From the IMG/VR virus record IMGVR_UViG_3300036760_001167, positions 1 through 64,000 of that record: a stretch of 64,000 nucleotides of DNA; one strand, written 5' to 3'. The position numbers and the translations under genes are program-made. The notes below the pieces were generated by a model. The model was not told the origin of the DNA and did no database searches. It was given only the letters and a program-made list of their open reading frames with translations. Source of the DNA: a virus. Shown here piece by piece: positions 26,981 to 35,261 of the stretch (position 1 is the first letter of the stretch; every line of letters begins with the position of its first letter).

Positions 26981-29163
26981 CACGTCCTCCACTGGCCGGT
27001 CGTGAGGATGTGGTCGATCCTCTCGAACATGGCGTCGACGTCGACGAAGCCGTCCCACTGCTGGCGGATGGACGCCTCGTCCTCGACCATTGTGTCGAGG
27101 ATCGTGCGCTGCGCGTCGGTGAGGACCATGTCGCCGGACAGCGACTCCCTGATCGCGCTGTCGTACAGCGCGCCGCCGCCGGGGAAGGTCAGCGAGCCCG
27201 TCTGCGTGAACGCGAGGCCGTGGTCCAGCGCGACCAGGTGGTGGTCCGCGGTGATCAGCCAGTTCCCGTCGTTGCGGTCGAGGTTGCCGATGACCTGGTC
27301 GAAGAGGACCATCGACTGCCGCTCCTGGAGCGGGATCCGGCTGACCGCGTCCTCGAGCGCGGCCTGCGCCCCGCCCGTCGACCGCGCCTCGTAGATCTCG
27401 AGCCCCGTCTTGCCGGGCACCTTGGCGGACACGAGCGTGAAGTCCGGGTTCTCGGAGGTGCGCGGGAGCAGCACGTTGAACCCGTAGTCCTCGTTGAAGG
27501 ACTGCGCCGCGAGCTCGGCGGCCTGCTCCTCGGACGGGACCACCTTCAGGACGACGTCGAGCTTCGAGCCGTCCGCCTGCGCGACCGTGCCCCAGTGGGG
27601 CGCGTTGATCCCGGTCCCGATCGCCTTGCCCTCCGTCGCCGTCGACTGGAGCGCGTCGTCTAGCAAGGGGCTCATCCAGCTCGGGACGGCGGCACTCGGC
27701 GCGGGGCCAGCCGGGACGGCATGGACGAGCTGCACGTCGACGTACTTCGCGTCCGGGACGACCAGGTGCCCGAACTCGTCGCGGAGCTCGCTGACGTCGA
27801 TGCGCACCGTGTCGACGCCCGTGACCTCGAGCGGCGTGCCGCGCGGCAGGATCAGCTCGGCCTCCTGGCCGACGCCGCCCATCGCGCTCGTGCCCGCGGG
27901 GAGGCTGATCTCCCACACGGCCGGGTTGTCCGACGTGCCGCCCGCGAACTTGGCGGCGACGCCCGGGTCGAGCGACGTCGACAGGTAGGCCGGGTCGGCG
28001 GTCGGCCCGAGCCCCGCGACGCCCGGCCCGCCCCGGAACACGACGAGCGGCTGGTCCAGCCACGACCGCGCGAGCGCGCTGTCGAGGCCGCCGACGACGT
28101 CGCCGACCTGGGCGGCGTCGATCGTCTCCAGCACGTCGGCCGAACCCGAGCGGAGGTACGCGTTGACGTCGGTCGAGACGTCGGTGTTCTCGTACGCCTT
28201 GAGGGCCGCCGCCTCGACGTCCGTCAGCTCTGGCATGCTGGAGGTCGCGAACCGCGCCGCCGACTGGAACTCCGCGGTCGCCGCGTTGGCCGCCAGCACG
28301 CCGGCGGCGTCGGGGGCGGCGGCGGAGGCGTCCACGACGTGCGCCTTGATCACCTGCAGGTAGCGGATCTCCTGCTGGGACTCCTGGCCGATGACGAGCT
28401 GCGCCGTGCCGAACTCGTCGACGACGAGCGTCGTGCCGCGGCCGAGGATGACCTCGCCCTCGGTGTCGAGGCCGAGCGCGACGCCGGTCCCCGCGGGGAC
28501 GGTGATGTCGTAGAGCGCCGGGTCCTGCGCGTACTCCGAGACGAAGTCCGCGGCCATCCCGCGGTCGATGCTCGTGGACATGAAGCCCTGGTCCGTGATG
28601 ACCGTGCCCCGGTCGAGGCCGGTCCTGATCGCGACGCCGCCGCGGTGCAGCACGACGTCGCCGGGGAGCGGGTTCCGCGCGACGAGCGAGTCCAGCCCGT
28701 CCGCGACGCCGCGGACCAGGTCGCCCGCCCCGAGGGCCGCCGGGTCGCCGCCCGCCCTCAGGTACTCGTTCACGTAGGAGAAGTCGCTGACCGAGTACGA
28801 CTCGACGGCGCTCGCCTCCGCGGCCGTCGGCTCGGCCGTCAGCTTGCCGACGAGGTTCGAGTACAGCGTCTCGCCGAGCGGGCTGAGCTGGCGGTCCTCG
28901 GGGAACGGCACCTCGATGTCGGGGTACTCGATCGGGCCGCCGGCCGGAGCCTCGGGCGGCGCCTCGGGCGGCGCGACCTCGCCGTCGACGAGCATCAGGC
29001 AGGTGCAGCCAGCCGTCTCGTCGGCGCTGCCCGTCGGGTCGCCGGGGTAGTAGAGGCCGTTGGAGAACGGGTCGCCGTACGGGACCGTCTCGCCGTCGAT
29101 CGCCTCGTGGCTCGGGCGCGGCTTGTCGCTCGTCACGACCCAGGTCTTGTCGACCTCAGCCAC
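26980..29163 (-). CDS. MuF C-terminal half fused to two VIP2-like ADP-ribosyltransferase domains and a PI3/4K/HipA-like kinase domain
   Basis: KTW...RPSH...DG...PGDP...CTC (MuF); two copies of N-x-YLR...RG...STS...E-x-E; FDQVIGNLDRNDGNWL...LDHGLAF. Confidence 0.85.
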   Translation of the reverse strand: MAEVDKTWVVTSDKPRPSHEAIDGETVPYGDPFSNGLYYPGDPTGSADETAGCTCLMLVDGEVAPPEAPPEAPAGGPIEYPDIEVPFPEDRQLSPLGETLYSNLVGKLTAEPTAAEASAVESYSVSDFSYVNEYLRAGGDPAALGAGDLVRGVADGLDSLVARNPLPGDVVLHRGGVAIRTGLDRGTVITDQGFMSTSIDRGMAADFVSEYAQDPALYDITVPAGTGVALGLDTEGEVILGRGTTLVVDEFGTAQLVIGQESQQEIRYLQVIKAHVVDASAAAPDAAGVLAANAATAEFQSAARFATSSMPELTDVEAAALKAYENTDVSTDVNAYLRSGSADVLETIDAAQVGDVVGGLDSALARSWLDQPLVVFRGGPGVAGLGPTADPAYLSTSLDPGVAAKFAGGTSDNPAVWEISLPAGTSAMGGVGQEAELILPRGTPLEVTGVDTVRIDVSELRDEFGHLVVPDAKYVDVQLVHAVPAGPAPSAAVPSWMSPLLDDALQSTATEGKAIGTGINAPHWGTVAQADGSKLDVVLKVVPSEEQAAELAAQSFNEDYGFNVLLPRTSENPDFTLVSAKVPGKTGLEIYEARSTGGAQAALEDAVSRIPLQERQSMVLFDQVIGNLDRNDGNWLITADHHLVALDHGLAFTQTGSLTFPGGGALYDSAIRESLSGDMVLTDAQRTILDTMVEDEASIRQQWDGFVDVDAMFERIDHILTTGQWRT

Positions 29164-29166
29164 GGG

Positions 29167-30945
29167 TTACTTCCCGTCGTTCGGGGAGTTCTGGTGCACC
29201 GCCTCGTTCGCTGCCCAGTTCATCACGAACGTCGTGCGGGTCGCCGCGATCTGCGGGGCGCGCGCGTCGATCAGGACCTGGAACACCGCCGCGGCGTCCG
29301 CGCCCTCCTCGCCGAGCTGGGTGTCGGTCACGTCGTTGATCGACTTCGCGACGCCGTCGGCGTTGGCCCGCAGGTAGTTCGCGGTGCGCTCCTGGTCCCA
29401 CGCGCCCTTGACGCGCTCGGCCGCGTGCTCGCCGAAGTGGGTCGTCGCCTGCACCGCCACGCCGAACAGGTCGTCCGCGAGCTCCTTGTCCCAGCGCAGC
29501 CGGTCGAAGCCCTTGCCGCCCAGCACCGAGTTCCGCTGCCGCCTGAACGTCTTCTGCAGCGCCTCGAGGTGGCGGGCCGTGTACGTGTCGCGCCCCTCCT
29601 TCAGGAACTCGACCTCCGCCGCGTCCGCGGCCTTCGCGCCGTCCGGCCCGAGCGCCTTAGGCACATTCTGAGGCGTCGCGGGCGTCGCGGTCGGCGTGAC
29701 CGGGGAGGGCTGCCCGCCGAGGACGACGTTCGCGGGGACGATGAGCTCGTCGTACTCGGGCTTGTCGATCCGCGGCCTGTTGAACTCCGCGCGGACCTCG
29801 TTCCTCGTCAGGTACGGGCCGCCGCCCGCCTGCACCGCGATCTTGGAGCGGTCCTCGAACGAGCCCTTGAGCTTGTCCTCGATGTTGAACTCCAGGTACT
29901 GCCGGCCCTGCGCGTCGAACGCCTCGAACTCCGGGAGGAGCTGGAGCGCGAGCTCCTGCTCGAGGCGGTCGAGGAGCGGCTGCATCGTGTCCTGGTAGAG
30001 CTGCTTGTGGGACTCCTGGACGTTCGCGTACGTGCCGTGGTCGAGGATGCCGATCATCGGCGGCGGGATGTGGTACGCGCTCGCGACCTCCTCGCGGAGG
30101 AGCTTGCGCGACTGGATGAACTGGCTCTCCTCGGCCGAGAACTGGGCGTCGACCCAGTGCATGCCGTCCTCGAGCATCGCGACGCGGCCGGTGTTCTCCG
30201 CGCCCGTGTGCCTGCCCTCGAAGTCCTCGCGCCAGCGGGCGCGGGCGACGTCGTCCCACTCCGGCGCCTCGACCGGGCGCTCGACCACGCCGCCCTTGCG
30301 CGCGAAGTTCCGCCAGAACCAGCGGCGCGCCACCTGCGCCTCGAACTCCTCCATCAGCAGCGAGCGCAGCGTCTCGAGCGGGCTGAGGCCCTCGCCGCCG
30401 AGCGGGTCGTAGCCCGGGAACAGAATGAACTCGTCGGGCCGGACCATCTCGCCGGTGGCCATCCGGTACGCGCGGAGCTGGCCCGTGGCGGGGTCCCAGT
30501 CCGGGAGCAGCGACAGCGGCGACACGCGCGCGACGCCGACCATCCTGGAGCCGGGGCCGGCCGCGCGGAGCTTGCGCCAGTAGGCGCGGTTGTAGATCCC
30601 GATGTCCGCGACGGTGCCCTCCCAGAGCCGGTAGGGCGTGAGGCCGGGGTTCGGCTTGCGGAGGATGACGGAGGCGGGGTGCTCGTCGAGGTGGACGCGG
30701 TCGGTCGCGCTCACGCGCTCGTACAGCTTGATCGTGAGCTGCCCCACGTTCCTAGCCAGGAAGTCCACCACGGTGCGGACGTTCGGCTGGTGGCGGTAGA
30801 TCTCGGCGTAGCTGCCCCAGGCGCCGTACGACCTCATCACCGAGGAGATGTCGGGCGAGAACGAGACCACGGGCAGCCCGTCCACGACAATGCTCTTCCC
30901 CGCGCGCCGCTTGCGGCGCTCGGCCATGCGCGAACGGACGCCCAT
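29167..30945 (-). CDS. Portal protein (HK97 family) fused to the N-terminal half of MuF
   Basis: GLSPLE, LEDGM, SQFIQSR, AYHIPPPMIG, TRNEVR; the tail ends ARAPQIAATRTT...N (MuF helix). Confidence 0.92.
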   Translation of the reverse strand: MGVRSRMAERRKRRAGKSIVVDGLPVVSFSPDISSVMRSYGAWGSYAEIYRHQPNVRTVVDFLARNVGQLTIKLYERVSATDRVHLDEHPASVILRKPNPGLTPYRLWEGTVADIGIYNRAYWRKLRAAGPGSRMVGVARVSPLSLLPDWDPATGQLRAYRMATGEMVRPDEFILFPGYDPLGGEGLSPLETLRSLLMEEFEAQVARRWFWRNFARKGGVVERPVEAPEWDDVARARWREDFEGRHTGAENTGRVAMLEDGMHWVDAQFSAEESQFIQSRKLLREEVASAYHIPPPMIGILDHGTYANVQESHKQLYQDTMQPLLDRLEQELALQLLPEFEAFDAQGRQYLEFNIEDKLKGSFEDRSKIAVQAGGGPYLTRNEVRAEFNRPRIDKPEYDELIVPANVVLGGQPSPVTPTATPATPQNVPKALGPDGAKAADAAEVEFLKEGRDTYTARHLEALQKTFRRQRNSVLGGKGFDRLRWDKELADDLFGVAVQATTHFGEHAAERVKGAWDQERTANYLRANADGVAKSINDVTDTQLGEEGADAAAVFQVLIDARAPQIAATRTTFVMNWAANEAVHQNSPNDGK

Positions 30946-30976
30946 CTGTCTCCTTGGCAGTGCGCTAGTTCTAGCA

Positions 30977-30996
30977 CCCTCATCTTACACCGCGGC
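30977..30996 (-). promoter_or_regulatory. Putative late promoter upstream of the portal gene
   Basis: CCCTCATCTTACACCGCGGC, identical to 26593-26612. Confidence 0.65.
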
Positions 30997-31007
30997 CAGA
31001 CCGGCCC

Positions 31008-31316
31008 TTAGTCCGAGCCCGAGTCCGGGGTGGCGGGCACGGCGCCGGCCCAGCCGCGGTAGCGGTGCCCGCGCTCGGAGGCGGTCAGGCCGCCCCGGAT
31101 GCCGTAGCTCGGGGCGCCGCCGGCGCCGTCGTGGGCCGAGCGGGCCAGGCACTCCTCGCGGATCTGGCACGCGCCGCAGAGCTCGAGCGCCTCGAGGATC
31201 CGGAGCGGGTCCGGAAGCCGGCCGTCGTCGGCCGCGTTCTCCACCTCGAAGAAGCCCTCCGGGTCGGGGGCGTCGACGCACTCCGCGAGCTCTGCCCACC
31301 AGACCCTCTCGAGCAC
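31008..31316 (-). CDS. WhiB-family transcription factor
   Basis: W...AEC...FF...C-x2-C-x5-C...GIRGGLT-x2-ER. Confidence 0.88.
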   Translation of the reverse strand: MLERVWWAELAECVDAPDPEGFFEVENAADDGRLPDPLRILEALELCGACQIREECLARSAHDGAGGAPSYGIRGGLTASERGHRYRGWAGAVPATPDSGSD

Positions 31317-31323
31317 GCCGCGG

Positions 31324-31662
31324 CTACTCGTCGGTCTCGGTGAGCCACTCGACCAGGGCCGGGTTCTCGCGGAGCGCCGCGAGGAGGAAGGCGTCGATCG
31401 CGTTGATGAACTGCTCCTCCTCCTTGGCCGGCATCTTGAGGCCCGCGCGTTCGACGCAGTGGTGCATCAGCTCGTGGACTACGACCGCGCGCTGCCCGTT
31501 CCTGGTCTGGCCCTTCGCGACGCGGATCACGTTGCCGCCGTAGTCCCCGCCGATCTCGTAGCCGACCGCGAACTGCCCGATGCTCCTGAGCCACCGGATC
31601 CTGACCACCTGGCCGTCGACGTGGATCCTGTCCGGCCGCGTCTCCTTCGAGCTCCCGTTCAT
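31324..31662 (-). CDS. Small HExxH metallopeptidase-like protein
   Basis: VVVHELMHH followed by a downstream EE. Confidence 0.6.
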   Translation of the reverse strand: MNGSSKETRPDRIHVDGQVVRIRWLRSIGQFAVGYEIGGDYGGNVIRVAKGQTRNGQRAVVVHELMHHCVERAGLKMPAKEEEQFINAIDAFLLAALRENPALVEWLTETDE

Positions 31663-32510
31663 GCGTACTGTCCCGGCCTCTCCTCATCGTCGGCCGAGCT
31701 CGCCCGCCCGGCGTTCATCGCCTTGAGGAGCCGCAGCGTCTCGTCGTAGTCCGAGCCGATCACCTGCGTGGAGACCAGCAGCTCCTTCAGGTGGGCGAGC
31801 GACATCCCCTCCGTGTCCTTGACCATCCGGTCGACGTCGACGCGCACGCCCTCCGGGACGAGCGACCGCAAGTACTCGCCGCGCGCCGGCGCGGTCGGGT
31901 GCCCGATCTTGAAGCGCTTGTCGAAGCGGCTCGGCCGGTTCGCGATGCGCGGCGCCAGCACCTCGATGTAGTTGGTCGTCGCGAGGAAGACCACCTTCGG
32001 GTACTTCTCGACACCGTCCAGCAGGTTGAGCACCGCGGACTCATTCTCGTTGCGGCCCGCCAGGATCGCGTCGAGGTCCTCCATCAGCACGACGACGCGC
32101 GCCTCCGGCTGGATCGCGCGGATCTGCCGCAGCGCGATGTGCATGAGGTCCGGGCCGGGCCAGGTGATGACGAACCCGCCCGCCGCGATCACGTCCTGCG
32201 CGACGAGGGAGAGCGTGCTGGTCTTGCCGGAGCCGGGCGGGCCGTAGAGCAGGATCCCGCGCTTGTGCGTCATGCCGAACTTCTCGTACAGCTCGCCGCG
32301 CTCCCAGAACTGCTGGATCTCCGTCACCACCGCGTCGCCCGCGGTGCCGGGCAGCCGGAGCAGCTTGTCCGTGCCCATCTCGGCCCTGGTGAAGAAGAGC
32401 GTGCCGTTGGTGACCTGCACGTCGTAGAGGCCGGCGGGCATGACGTCGACCGTGTCGCTGACCGCGTAGTACATGCCGTTCGCGAAGCCCCACTGCGAGA
32501 CCAGCGGCAC
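31659..32510 (-). CDS. AAA+ ATPase
   Basis: KRGILLYGPPGSGKT (Walker A), VLMEDLD (Walker B), LNLLDG, ATTN, RPSRFD; GTG start after GGGAGG. Confidence 0.92.
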   Translation of the reverse strand: MPLVSQWGFANGMYYAVSDTVDVMPAGLYDVQVTNGTLFFTRAEMGTDKLLRLPGTAGDAVVTEIQQFWERGELYEKFGMTHKRGILLYGPPGSGKTSTLSLVAQDVIAAGGFVITWPGPDLMHIALRQIRAIQPEARVVVLMEDLDAILAGRNENESAVLNLLDGVEKYPKVVFLATTNYIEVLAPRIANRPSRFDKRFKIGHPTAPARGEYLRSLVPEGVRVDVDRMVKDTEGMSLAHLKELLVSTQVIGSDYDETLRLLKAMNAGRASSADDEERPGQYA

Positions 32511-32648
32511 GTCCCTCCCCTTCCTTGCCCGCTCCGTCACGTTGGTGACGCGGGGAACCCACCCCGCGCCGCGGCCGCTCCCACGACTCCTCGACACCGG
32601 CCGCCTTGAACCGTGCCGGTCCGTGGCAGCCACGCGGCCTTCCCTGCG

Positions 32649-32721
32649 TCCCCGGAGAAGGACTCGAACCCTCGGCCGTCGCGTTAGGACCGCGCCGCTC
32701 TTTCCTCTGAGCTACCCGGGG
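32649..32721 (-). tRNA. tRNA-Arg (CCU)
   Basis: Manual cloverleaf: CCCCGGG-TA-GCTC AGAGGAAA GAGC-G-GCGCG GTCCTAA CGCGA-CGGCC-GAGGG TTCGAGT CCTTC-TCCGGGG-A; CCA not encoded. Confidence 0.88.
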
Positions 32722-32727
32722 CTGAGC

Positions 32728-32753
32728 GGGAGGGCCGCCCTCGCGGCCCTCCC
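32728..32753 (-). terminator. Hairpin between the surface protein gene and the tRNA
   Basis: GGGAGGGCCGC-CCTC-GCGGCCCTCCC, an 11-bp stem. Confidence 0.55.
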
Positions 32754-32782
32754 GTCCTGCTTGGCTCCGATACCTTACCTCG

Positions 32783-33802
32783 TTACCTGCCTCCCCGCGT
32801 CACCGACGCGATGGACCGCTTCCGCGTGAGCGCGAGCGCGCCCAGGCCGAGCAGCGTCAGGAGCCCCATGCCGATCGCGGGCCGCGTGACGTTCGAGCCC
32901 GTCATCGCGAGGTCGCCGCCGGACGGCGGGCCACCCGCGAAGGTCGGGATCGGAGGCGCCGGCGTCCAGGTGGACTGCCAGCAGGGGAACTGGTCCGCCG
33001 GGCACGCCTTGGGCGGCGGCGTCGGCGAAGGGGTCTGGCAGCCGGCGTTGTCCACCGTGAGCGTCCGCACGTCGCCGCCGTTGAACGCGGCCGTGACCAC
33101 GGTCCCGTTCGCGAGCTGGCCGAGGTCCACGTCCGTCGGGTTGACGGAGATGGTCACGTCGGTGAAGACGCCGTCGACGCTGTAGTACGCGTTCCCGGTG
33201 CCCTCGAACCTGATGAACGTGTCCGTGCAGCTCGAGAAGATGAACGCCTCGGGCGTCGCGGGCGGTGGCGGCGGGGTCTGCGTGCCGATCGGCACGCACT
33301 GCCCGTCGTTGTTGAGCTCGTACCCCTCCGGGACCGTCGCCTGGTCGCCCTCGATGTTCGGGCAGACGTCGACGGGCGGGGGCGTGGTCGTCAGCGGCAC
33401 GCAGTCGCCGTTGTCGTCGATCACGTCGCCCTCCGGGACCGTCGCCTGGTCGCCCTCGATGTTCGGGCAGACGTCGGTCGGCGTGTCGCCGGACGGGCAG
33501 TCGCTCGCGGACGGGCTCTCCTGGCCGACGTCGAGGGCCAGCACGAAGCTCCGGCCCTGCGCGTCGTTGAAGTACAAGCCCACCACGACCGGGTCCTCGC
33601 CGATCGCGTTGAAGTCCACGTCGATCGGGTTCTGGCCGGTCTGCAGCGTCTCGTTCACGCCGGGCGTCCCGACGTACTTGCAGACGAACGCCTTGTGCGG
33701 CGCGGCCGTCGCGTTCGCGGCCATGATGTTCGCCCCGATCGGCAGGAGCACCACGGCCGTCACGGCAAGCGCCGCGAGCAGCTTGTTCCTTGTCCTCTTC
33801 AT
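32783..33802 (-). CDS. Sortase-anchored (LAXTG) cell-surface protein
   Basis: Signal peptide MKRTRNKLLAALAVTAVVLL; two DVCPNIEGDQATVPEG repeats; Pro/Thr linkers; C-terminal LAMTG, hydrophobic helix and RKR. Confidence 0.85.
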   Translation of the reverse strand: MKRTRNKLLAALAVTAVVLLPIGANIMAANATAAPHKAFVCKYVGTPGVNETLQTGQNPIDVDFNAIGEDPVVVGLYFNDAQGRSFVLALDVGQESPSASDCPSGDTPTDVCPNIEGDQATVPEGDVIDDNGDCVPLTTTPPPVDVCPNIEGDQATVPEGYELNNDGQCVPIGTQTPPPPPATPEAFIFSSCTDTFIRFEGTGNAYYSVDGVFTDVTISVNPTDVDLGQLANGTVVTAAFNGGDVRTLTVDNAGCQTPSPTPPPKACPADQFPCWQSTWTPAPPIPTFAGGPPSGGDLAMTGSNVTRPAIGMGLLTLLGLGALALTRKRSIASVTRGGR

Positions 33803-33848
33803 CTCCGTCTCCTCTCGCGCAGGCTTGTGACCTGCCTCCATCCGCATC

Positions 33849-34088
33849 TTACCTGGATGCGGCCGCCTTGTACACCCCCACCCGCTCTGCCACTGCGGCG
33901 AAGCCGGCGTGGATCGCGCTGGCCGCGCAGGCCCACGCCTCGGCGGCGCAGCTCTCGCCGTGGAACTCGAAGCGGGCCTCGTGCGGGCGGATGCCCGCGG
34001 CGAGGTCGCCCTTGTCCCGCACCGTCACGACGAAGTAGTCCACGCCTCCATCGTAGTGCCTCGTCGCCGCCTCCCTCGTCGCCCTCAT
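33849..34088 (-). CDS. Small hypothetical protein (MRATREAAT...)
   Basis: ATGA overlap with the tadG-like stop. Confidence 0.45.
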   Translation of the reverse strand: MRATREAATRHYDGGVDYFVVTVRDKGDLAAGIRPHEARFEFHGESCAAEAWACAASAIHAGFAAVAERVGVYKAAASR

Positions 34089-34780
34089 GCCGACAGCCAG
34101 ACGTGCGGGCTCGCGTCGTGCGGGCAGTCGACGGCCGGGTCGATGAAGTAGCTCTGGTTTGACTGCGGCACCGACGCGATCACGAAGGAGTCCTGCGCGT
34201 CGTTGAAACCGGTCGTCCCGTTCCACGGGAGGCCGCTGTGCCAGTCCTTGAGGTCGGAGCTGTTCACGCTCCTCCAGCCGCTCGCTGACACGCTGAGCCT
34301 CTCGGGGTTCCCGACGTACTTGCAGACGTAGACCTGCTTGTCGGCCCCGTTCACGGGGTGGAGCACCGCGGGCGTCAGCCCGTTCAGCCGCCACGAGCCG
34401 GTCGCCGCCACGGTGACGGTCCTCGAGTTGGAGAGGCCCAGGACCGGCGCGAAGTACAGCGGCTGCGTCGACGTGAACGTGACCGAGACGCTGCCGGTCA
34501 CGTTGTTGCACTGGCTGAGGTTCATCGTCCAGGTGAAGCCCGCGGCATGCGGCGCGTTCACCGGGAAGATCGCGAGCGCGTCCGCCTGCGCGGCCGGCGC
34601 GCCCAGCCCCTTCGAGCACTTGAGCGCGGCCGCCAGCGCGGCCGCGTCGGCGCCGTTGACCATCTCTCGCCGCCTGTACAGCATCCCGCCGACGTCGACC
34701 GTCAGCGCGACCGCGCCCATCATCACGACCAGCACGAGCGCCGTGACGACCGCGACGACGCCCTCCTCGCGGCGCCTCAT
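34085..34780 (-). CDS. TadG-like Flp pilus minor pilin
   Basis: MRRREEG|VVAVVTALVLVVMMGAVALTVDVG...NGADAAALAAA, the Tad N-terminal motif. Confidence 0.88.
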   Translation of the reverse strand: MRRREEGVVAVVTALVLVVMMGAVALTVDVGGMLYRRREMVNGADAAALAAALKCSKGLGAPAAQADALAIFPVNAPHAAGFTWTMNLSQCNNVTGSVSVTFTSTQPLYFAPVLGLSNSRTVTVAATGSWRLNGLTPAVLHPVNGADKQVYVCKYVGNPERLSVSASGWRSVNSSDLKDWHSGLPWNGTTGFNDAQDSFVIASVPQSNQSYFIDPAVDCPHDASPHVWLSA

Positions 34781-35169
34781 CGCTCGCACCTGAAGGTCGC
34801 CGCGATGTTCGTCGCGATGTGGAAGTCCGGGAGCAGCGGGATCGAGATCACGATGCCCTGGCCCCCGTTCAGCAGGCCCGTGTTGAAGCTCGCGGTCGAG
34901 TCGACGCCGGCGCCGTCGCAGGAGGTCACGAGCACCTGGGCGGCGGGCACGAGCCCTGCCGAGGTGTCCGAGACCTTCTGCTGGACGGTCGCGACGCAGG
35001 TTCCGCCGGGACAAACCGCGCCGGTGCGGGCGCCCTCGCGCACCGCGCCGCGGATGGTCTGGAGCTGCATGAAGCCCAGCCCGAACCCGATGACGCCGAA
35101 GACCAGCATGAACAGCAGCGGCGCGACGAGCGCGAACTCGACCGCCGCCGCCCCGCGCTCGCGCCTCAC
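34777..35169 (-). CDS. tadE: TadE-like minor pilin
   Basis: RRERG|AAAVEFALVAPLLFMLVFGVIGFG...AVREGAR. Confidence 0.9.
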   Translation of the reverse strand: MRRERGAAAVEFALVAPLLFMLVFGVIGFGLGFMQLQTIRGAVREGARTGAVCPGGTCVATVQQKVSDTSAGLVPAAQVLVTSCDGAGVDSTASFNTGLLNGGQGIVISIPLLPDFHIATNIAATFRCER

Positions 35170-35261
35170 TTCGAGACCGCCCGCGCGAAGAGCGAGAACG
35201 CTCCCCACACCATCACGTTCGCGGCCACTCCCACGAGCAGCCACGTCTTGAAGTTCTTCAT
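35166..35261 (-). CDS. 31-aa membrane peptide
   Basis: MKNFKTWLLVGVAANVMVWGAFSLFARAVSK; ATGA/GTGA overlaps with rtcB and tadE. Confidence 0.55.
   Translation of the reverse strand: MKNFKTWLLVGVAANVMVWGAFSLFARAVSK

Noticed and set aside
31659-32510. AAA ATPase as the TadA pilus motor
   Set aside because: Its motifs are classic AAA+ (GILLYGPPG, second region of homology RPSRFD), not VirB11/TadA type
32649-32721. tRNA as a suppressor of the portal-MuF TAA (its loop contains CTAA)
   Set aside because: Stem geometry places CCU at positions 34-36; ochre suppression would need a UUA anticodon
35166-35261. 31-aa peptide as an Flp major pilin
   Set aside because: Lacks the G|xxxxEY prepilin motif
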